In this document: positions 29,113 to 36,574 of the stretch, in pieces
Layout: every line of letters starts with the position of its first letter
Position numbering within the stretch: the stretch's first letter is position 1
Origin: Chrysochromulina tobinii
Taxonomy: Eukaryota
Length of the DNA stretch: 36,574 bases
Direction: 5' to 3'
Assembly (NCBI GenBank): GCA_001275005.1
Contig: JWZX01002989.1
Coordinates: 1 to 36,574 of the forward strand
Translations under genes and position numbers: made by a program
The notes under the pieces: generated by a model
What the model was told of the DNA's origin: nothing
Databases searched by the model: none
Seen by the model: only the letters and a program-made list of their open reading frames with translations

Positions 29113-30509
29113 TCACTCGAGGTCAGGCCAAGAGCCAGACTTCTTCTTGAAGGTCGCCTCACGCAGTCCGCCCGAGTCGACAGACCATGAGCCCAAGCGC
29201 AGCTGGGCATTGGAGCCGCCCACCCTGGCGCCTCCCTTGCTCATGGCGCCATAACCGCCACGACGCTCGGCGGTGGCGTCCGCATGGGCGGATGCCTGCG
29301 CGGGATCAAGAGCCGGCTGCGGCTCGGCATCGTCATCTGACGAACTCGGCCCGTCGTGGATGGCGAGTCGATCTGCGCGATCTGACGATCTCGGCCTTAA
29401 TCTCGGCCCGTCGTGGATGGCGAGTCGATCTGCGCGATCTGCGCGATCTGCCATGCCCAACACGGAGCCCATCATCATGTTCGAGGACGGTGCGAGAGGC
29501 AGATCCGCGCGCTGTGCAAACCCCTGAGCTTTGGCGAGCGCATCCAAATCGATCGAGAGCCGATGGCTGTCTTCGGCCTGGTCCTCGCACGCCATCCCGA
29601 GAGCACTCAGGCCCCCGGGGTAGCCAAAGCTCATACGATGGTGGCTCACTGCATGGAGCTGATGGCTGCGCTCGACCTGCGAACCGAGAGTAAAGGTGAC
29701 CAAAGGTGAGCAAGGGTGAGCAAAGGTGAGCAAAGGAGGGTTAGAGAGTCAGACGGGAGGGGAGGGCCAGGTGAGTGGCGAGCCAGCATGAAGGGTCAAG
29801 CGGGCGGGTGGCGACTTGCCTGTAGGATGAGTTCCTCCATCAGCAGCGCCACCGCGCCGCCTGTGTCCTCTTCGTCGCCCGCAGGGCCGAGATTATGCCA
29901 TGGTTGATCGGCGGCGGCGAGCACTGTCGCGAACCCTACCGATGATGGTGTTCGACGCCCGCTCTTTTTGCGAAAGGTGGCGTCGCGCATGCCGCCCGAG
30001 TCCGACCACGAGCGCACGGCGGCACGCGCCGACTGCGGCCGCTCGTCCTCGTCGTCATCGACCTCGAGGCCGGTTAGCTGGCGCGCAAAGTTCGCCGACT
30101 TCGGCAACGCCTTCTTCAGCGGCAGCGCCACCAGCAGTCCATTGCTGCTGCTGCTGCCGCCGCCGCCGCCGCCGCCGACGCCGCCGCTACCGAGCTTGCC
30201 GTAGCCACCGCCGCTCTTGACCACCGGTTTGGCTAGGCCGCCGTAGCCACCGCGTGCTGCCACAGGCCGCTCCGTCGCTGGTGCAAGCGCCGCCGCCGAC
30301 GACGGAGCGATTACGTCCATCTGCATAGGTGCACAATCGCCCGCCTTCACGTCCCTCGAGCCAGCGGCTGCGGCCGCGAGAGTGCTGCGGTTGGAGCGCG
30401 GGCTCGCCTCACTGTTGTAGAAACTTTCATGGAAGGAGCACTTGGGCGCCATGTGGGAGTCAACCCGCGCCTTGATGGCTTGCTCGGCAGGAGACTCGTG
30501 CCCGACCAT
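29113..30509 (-). CDS. Hypothetical low-complexity protein with an internally duplicated motif; exons 30509-29820 and 29676-29113 (~417 aa)
   Basis: Two ORFs are joined in frame by a GC-AG intron 29819-29677 (cag|GCAAGT ... ttcgCAG|gtc). Both halves carry RGGYG..K and SWS(V)DSGG(M/L)R(D/E)ATF(R/K)KKSG. Confidence 0.6.
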
Positions 30510-30620
30510 TCATCAGCAGCAATCACAAATCCGCACGCGATTTTAGTCCAATGGAGCTCAGAAGGATTGGCTGAATTGTATTCTGTGGTTCATTCAAAAC
30601 TTCCATATTGCAAGCAATCA

Positions 30621-33214
30621 ATGGTGTTCTCTTTGGTTGCCCTTTGCAGCGCCTTCCTGGCGCCGCAGGCGCCACATCGACTGCCACTCGTTACGCCTCT
30701 AGCCGCGACCGCAGCCATTCGACGTGCTGGCGCCATCGTTCGCATGCGCACGCTCGAATGGCGCTTGTTTGGCGTTGAGGTGCCAGTGCTGGAGTCTGGG
30801 CCTGACAACCTGCTCAACGTGTCGTCGGCGCTGCATCGCGCGGTCGCCCAGCAGCTCAGTCTGGAGCCGGAACGGCTGCCCATCAACAACGTCCACCTCG
30901 TTCGCCAAAGCCTCGACGCGCGGCCGCGTGGAGGGCGTCGCGGCCGCAGCGGCTCAGGGGACAGCGACCGCGACGTGTGCTGGTCGCACGTTGTGGACGT
31001 GACGCTCACGCCCGAGCAGGCGAAGCGCATCAAGGCACAGCCCGGGCGTATCATGCCATCTGCGGAGGAGCGTGTCGCGCCTTTCCTTGTGCCGCCGCCA
31101 CCAAACCAGGCTCTGGACAAGGCGAGCGCGGGTGGCGCAGCAGCCTCCTCGGCGGCATCGCACGTGCTCGTGGTGGGCGCGGGTCCGTGCGGCCTCTTCG
31201 CCGCCCTGACCCTCGCACGCGCGGGCGTGCGCGTCACGCTCCTCGAGAGAGGCAAGCCAGTCGAAGAGCGAGGTCGGAGCATCGGAGCCTTGATCCAGCG
31301 TGGGGTGCTCGACCCAGAGTCCAACTTTTGCTACGGCGAGGGAGGGGCGGGTACGTGCTCCGACGGCTAGCTTGATATGCTCGCGCTTGAGTGCGCCTCG
31401 GAGTGCCCCTCTGAGTGCGCCCGATGGCCTCCACCATCAGGTACGCCATGCCGCCCTAGTTGCCACTGATTGTGATTGATTGCCACTGATGGCCTCCACC
31501 ATCAGGTACGTGGTCCGATGGCAAGCTCACCACACGCATTGGTCGCAACTCGGCGGCCGTGAGGGCGGTCCTGGAGACCTTCGTGCGCTTCGGCGCGCCA
31601 CGTCGCATCCTATACGACGGCAAGCCCCACCTTGGCACCGACGCTCTAGTTAGGTTGCTCAAGCGCTTTCGACAGGAGCTCCTCGGCTTCGGGGCGACAG
31701 TGCGATTTGATTCACGCGTGGATGAGCTCGTGCTCGAGGCGGGTGGGGGCGCGGCGGGGGGGGGAGCTGCGCTCGAGACGGGGAGGGGCGCGGCGGCAGA
31801 GGCACGGGTACGTGGGCGCGTGCTCGGCGTGCGTCTCGCGACCGGCGAGACCATCCTTGCCGATGCCACCCTCCTCGCCGCCGGCCACTCGGCCCGTGAG
31901 CTGTATGAGCAGCTCGTGCAGCTCGGGGCATCGGTGATGCCCAAGGACTTTGCGGTGGGCTTTCGAATCGAGCATCCGCAGACGACGATCAACCGCGCTC
32001 AGTATGGGCCGATGGCAGACTATTGCGAGGACGGTGGCAAGGGAGCTCTACCGCCCGCTTCGTACCGCCTCACAACCACCGTCGCCGAGGACGCCGAGGG
32101 TGGCGACGAGGGCGGCGTCCAGCGCGAGGGTGAGGCCAAGGTCAGTCCCATCAACAAGCTGCGTGGCGGCAAGCCGCGCGGTGGCAAGAGGAGCACCGGC
32201 CGTGCCATTCACACTCCTCTTGCCATTCACACCGGCCGTGCGAAAGCACCCAGTGGCGAGGGCGGTGGCGGTGGCGGCGGTGGCGGTGGCGGCGGTGGCG
32301 GTGGCGGCGAGGCCGATCCCCTAGCACGCGGTGTCTACTCGTTTTGCATGTGCCCGGGCGGTCAGATCGTGCCCACAGCCATTGAGCCTGGACGTCTCTG
32401 TGTCAACGGCATGTCGTATTCGAACCGTGGCTCCAAGTGGGCCAACTCGGCCGTCGTCGTGTCCGTCGGAGCGGCCTTCGGCGACTTTGACGGCTTTGGG
32501 CAGGCTGGCGACGCATCCAAATTAGGGCAGGCTGGCGACGCATCCAAATTAGGGCAGGCTGGCGACGCATCCAAATTAGGAGGTACCCAAGCGGCCGATG
32601 GCGGGGCGACCGCGCCGCCCAAGGCCCTGCCCTCTCATTTGGATGCGACCCCTGTGACCAACGCGCCACCGGCCCCGCTCGCCGGGATGTGGTTTCAGGA
32701 GGAGATGGAACGGCGCGCGGCCCTCATGGGTGGCCCCGGGCTCTTGTGCCCGGTGCAGCGCGTCTCCGACTTTCTGCGTGGCGAGATTTCGTCTGCACCG
32801 CTCCCGCCATCGTCGTACCGGCGTGGCGTCGTGTCGGCGCCGTTGCACGAGCTCTACCCCGCGCCCATCACAGCGGCCATCCGGGTGGCCCTCCGCCGTT
32901 GGGGCCGGTCCATGGAGGGCTTTGACGGCGACGAGGCGCTGCTGCACGGCGTCGAGACCCGCACTTCGGCGCCCGTCCAGATCACGCGCCACGCGCCAAG
33001 CTGCGAGTGCGTCGGGCTGCCCGGTCTCTACCCGGCAGGTGAGGGTGCTGGGTATGCGGGCGGGATCGTCTCCGCGGCGGTCGACGGCATGCGAGTCGCC
33101 GAAGCGTTGCTTGCGAGTGGAGCATTGCGCGCCGAGGATGGCGAGGTGGCCACCGTCGCCGGTGGAGGCACCGTCACCACGAGCGCGACGGGCGGCGACC
33201 GCGACTACGACTAG
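30621..33214 (+). CDS. FAD-dependent oxidoreductase (uncharacterised FAD-dependent dehydrogenase family), probably plastid-targeted; exons 30621-31350 and 31506-33214 (~812 aa)
   Basis: VLVVGAGPCGLFAA...LLERGK, SNFCYGEGGAGTWSDGKLTTRIG (formed across intron 31351-31505), KPHLGTD, AAGHSAR, FAVGFRIEHPQ, YSFCMCPGGQIV, GVETRTSAP, PAGEGAGYAGGIVSAAVDG. The N-terminus MVFSLVALCSAF resembles a signal peptide + AF bipartite plastid presequence. Confidence 0.9.
31351..31505 (+). other. Intron (GT-AG) with an internal AG|GT at 31440/31441
   Basis: Removal restores the conserved GAGTWSDGKL motif. Phase 1. Confidence 0.88.
32498..32580 (+). repeat. 27-bp coding tandem repeat x3 (GQAGDASKL)
   Basis: gggcaggctggcgacgcatccaaatta is repeated three times identically. 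Confidence 0.9.
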
Positions 33215-33531
33215 CCATACTTGAAGTCTTCGGAACGCTACCGGGTAGGTCGATCCGCGCCGCGACGGAGGGGACGCGATGGAGGGCGCGCGCGAGGCAC
33301 GTGGCGAGTTGCTGCGCGCGTTCGCGCCCTGGACCGACTCGGTCTTCTGTGTACAGTACGACCGTGCCCCGGTATTTGCGCCGGTATCGGGTATGCTATT
33401 CGGTAACTACACCAATCGCAAAGGCGCGCACACGGCAGGGACATGCGTCTTCCGTGACTCTGGCGATTCATTTGCAAATGGCATCGGACATAGGCAGCAC
33501 CGTGCTGCTCTGCCTCGGGCTCGGGCCCGGC

Positions 33532-35072
33532 TCAGCACTTCCAAATGCGGCACGTGTTGTCCTTGGAGCCGGTGATGATGGTATCGCCCTCGTAGTTAAA
33601 GGCGGCCGAGAAGATCTCATCCGTGTGCCCCTCGAGCACTTGCATGCAGTCGCCACTCTCGACATCCCAAACGCGGCAGGTGCGGTCCGACGAGGCGGTG
33701 ATGATTTTGTTGCCCTGCGGGTTGAAGGATACCTTCGAGATCTCTCCCTCGTGTCCGATTAGGATCGCTTGGCACGCGCCCGTGGTCGTATTGTACACAC
33801 GCGCCGTGCCATCGGCCGAAGCAGTGACCAGCCGCGTGCCCGCCGTGTTGAACGCCACATCGAGGATCTCGTCATTGTGGCCGCGCAGCGTGTGCAGACA
33901 CTCGCCCGAGCGAACGTTCCACACCTTGCACGTGCGGTCGATCGAGCCCGAGATGCAGAGCTCGCCTGTGAAATCGAACTGCGTCGACGAGATCTCACCG
34001 CGATGGCCCGCGAGCGTCTGGAGGCACGCGCCCGTGCTGCAGTCCCATACTTTGGTGGAGTGGTCGAAGGAGCCCGTGATGATCATGGTGCCCGCCGTGT
34101 TGAAGTTGAGCGAGACGATCTCGGCCGTGTGCCCGAGGAGTGTACACATCTCCGTGCCATGCGCCACATCCCACAGCTTCGCGGTCGAGTCCATCGAGCC
34201 CGTCGCCACGACCGTGCCCGTCGGGTCGAAGGAGAGGCACACGATCTCGGTCGTGTGCCCTCGCAGCGTCTGCAGCAGCTCGCCGGTCGACGAGTCCCAG
34301 ATCTTGGCCGTCTTGTCAAACGAGCCCGTCACCACCTTGTCACCGAACGGGTTGTTGAACGCGATCGCGTACACCACGTTCTTGTGCCCTTCGAGCGTCA
34401 GGAGCTCCTCGCCTGTCAGCGTGTTCCACACCTTGCACGTGCGGTCGTACGAGCCGGTGATGAAGCGGTCGCCGCTCTTGTTGAATGCACAGTTGGTGAG
34501 CGGCAGGATGTGCGCGCGTAGGATCTTGAACAGGTAAAAGTTCTGCGGCAGCTCCGAGGTGTCGATCTTGTCGATCCTGCGCCCCGCGAGAGAGGAGGGG
34601 GGTGGTGAGGCCGGGAAGGCAGCCGTAGAGGCGAAGCGAGGCCGTGGCGGGCTGCAGCGTCGGCAGCGGTGCGTGGCGGCCACGGCGGGCTAGCGCGTGG
34701 GCGCGGCGGCGTGTAGGCAGAGGAGGCGGTGGAGGCGGTGGAGGCTGCGGGCAGAGGTGGGGAGCGCGCACAGCTTGTAGACGAGCTTGAGGAGCTGCGG
34801 CCGGCGGTTTTCGCTGATGAGCGGTTCGGTCCGGATGATCTGGCTGACGAGGGCGTCGACATCCGTGTTGGGGGCGAGCGTGAGCAAGGGGATGTCCTTT
34901 TGCAGCATCTGCACGAGAGGCGAAGGCGTGGGCTCGTCAGCGCCGGGGCATGCACGAGAGCGCAGGAGTGTGACTCGGCGCGGATCGCGCGCGGCGGCAC
35001 CTCGCCATCCTTTTCGTACTCGAGGATGATGCCTGGGGGGTAATAGCGCAGCAGGAAGCGCTTGAGCTTCAT
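33532..35072 (-). CDS. DAW1: Dynein assembly factor with WD repeats 1 (WDR69/ODA16); exons 35072-35001, 34908-34772, 34576-33532 (417 aa)
   Basis: N-terminal [61 protein letters not shown] and eight WD40 repeats ending [14 protein letters not shown] introns 35000-34909 and 34771-34577 join in frame. Confidence 0.95.
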
Positions 35073-35229
35073 CACGCCAGCGGCGCCGACGATAGAGCGT
35101 TGGCCCGCGTCTCGCGGCGCACGGTCGACTGCGCTCGGTTCGTCACGAGACTTTGCAACGAGTCTTGTAGCTGACGAGCAAACATCTCGTCTTCCCACAG
35201 CTCGCGGAAGCAGAAGTGCGTCCACAGCC

Positions 35230-35469
35230 ATGGTAGACGAGGGACAAGCGGCGGCCGATGCCGCCCCGCCAGCGGCGGCCCCCGCGCCGGATTGGGACGC
35301 CGCCGACGCGACCGATGGCCCGACCGATGCCAACCTGGGCGCGGACAAAACCGCCGGCGGCGATAGCTCAGTCGACTCGCCCCCCATCGGCCTCGGCGCG
35401 CCCCGAGTGGAGGGGGCCGCCAGGGCGCCTCCACCGGTCCGCTCGGGGCGGCAGGGCAAGGCTGACGAG
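35230..35469 (+). CDS. Possible first exon of a gene divergent from DAW1 (MVDEGQAAADAAPP...)
   Basis: ATG in good context (gccATGg) 158 bp from the DAW1 start and a gag|GTGCCC donor-like site at 35469/35470. No recognisable domain. Confidence 0.25.
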
Positions 35470-35729
35470 GTGCCCGAGCAGCGCCTGGTCACCCGAACAG
35501 CGCCCGCTGCCGCGCTCCCGCGCGGTTGTGGCGGGCGGCCACGGCCGTTGGCAGTGCACCCGCGGACGCGGCGCGCTAACCCAGGCATCCTCAAATGGCG
35601 TGGTAGGTCAGGCGGCTTGCAAGCTGCCGTACGCCACGACACTGTGGTTACTCGACGCCGTCGCTCGTCACGCGACGGCGGCGTCGAGTGACTTATTCTG
35701 CGTTCCCTTTCGGGGGGCGCGCCAACGGG

Positions 35730-36574
35730 CGCGTCTACCGACAGTGCAGACAACGCCCGCAGCGGCCCCGGGAGCCCTGTACAGTGCGTTTGCGCCGCAG
35801 GCTGCTACGCGCACTCCCACTGCCAGCAAGCGCGTGCGGAAGCGTGCGGCTGCCGCCCGCCGCACGCTCGCTGGCTGCGTGTGCGCCGCAGGCTGCCGCA
35901 CGCCGCACGCCCGCCTAACACCCGCCTAACCCGACCCGTCTGTCGTGTGTGCAGGCTTCAGCCCGAGTCCGAAGTTGTGCCTTATAGGGCGGGAGCGAGC
36001 CGCGGCGCGGAGAGGCGCGGAGAGGTTACGTTACGTTAGTCCGACGGTCGCGGTTCCGATTGGTCGGGCCCGGTGACCGGTGTACGTTGCAATTTGCATG
36101 GCGCGATGGCGGTTTTAACACGATGCGGTGTATTGGTGAAGGCCGGGCGAAACGCGGGTTCGGTCAGCGTTGCAGTGTTCGGTCCGCAGCGCGCGCCAGC
36201 GGGCAGACCGGCGAAATACGAACCACTAGAGACACACACACAGCCAACCTATCTCTTTGGCGGCGCGACCGCCCCCAGTCTCTAAGGACTAAGCGCGCGC
36301 GACCGGGCCGCGACGCCGCCGCAGGACCGCCGCCGCGCCTCTTCGCGCCACACGCTCGCCCTCGAAGGCAATGCCTTCGACTCCGGTGCGGCAGCCTGCG
36401 GCCGCACACGCAGCCGGCAGGCGTTAGGCGGGCGGGCGGCGGGCGGCAGCCGCACGCTTCCCGCACGTGCATTGCTGGCAGTAGGAGTGCGCGTAGCACT
36501 GCCTGCGGCGCAAACGCACTGTATCAGGGCTCCCGGGGCCGCTGGGGGCGTTGTCTGCACTGTCGGTAGACGCG
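35730..36574. mobile_element. Long-inverted-repeat (MITE/foldback/MULE-like) non-autonomous element, right end beyond the window
   Basis: 35730-~35865 is the near-exact reverse complement of ~36435-36574 (cgcgtctaccgacagtgcagacaacgccc.cagcggccccgggagccctg...). Similarity continues with a gap to gcccgcctaac (~35910-35930 vs ~36421-36435). The TSD is not visible. Confidence 0.75.

Noticed and set aside
1..36574. tRNA, rRNA or prokaryotic operon, promoter or terminator features
   Set aside because: No cloverleaf or rRNA-like sequence was recognised; gene content and introns are eukaryotic.

Overview
GC-rich, intron-containing eukaryotic nuclear DNA, most likely from a haptophyte alga (Chrysochromulina-like). 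This is an inference from the CTGAT(T/G)GCC-repeat introns, the 'AAAEGLELV..S..GFK.V' AP2-repeat protein, a GC-AG intron and a signal-peptide+AF plastid presequence. About 10 protein genes are supportable: a tandem AP2-like protein, a low-complexity protein with one small globular domain, a seryl-tRNA-synthetase-like paralogue lacking the catalytic motifs, proteasome ATPase RPT6/PSMC5, a giant 8-exon gene of ~3550 codons, a GARP/SHAQKYF Myb factor, a thioredoxin-like [2Fe-2S] protein, Gemin2, an unknown two-exon gene, a plastid-type FAD-dependent oxidoreductase and DAW1/ODA16. The giant gene joins a NACHT NTPase (with a RelA/SpoT-like insert), LRRs, Roc-COR and a C-terminal ADP-ribosyltransferase-like domain. 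There is also a complete non-autonomous hAT transposon (19-bp TIRs, 8-bp TSD) and a long-inverted-repeat element cut off by the window end. The most notable items are the NLR-ROCO-ART fusion, the pseudo-SerRS, and several introns that contain duplicated copies of their own splice junctions (possible recursive splicing or intron birth by duplication). All domain calls are by-eye motif recognition; no searches were run.
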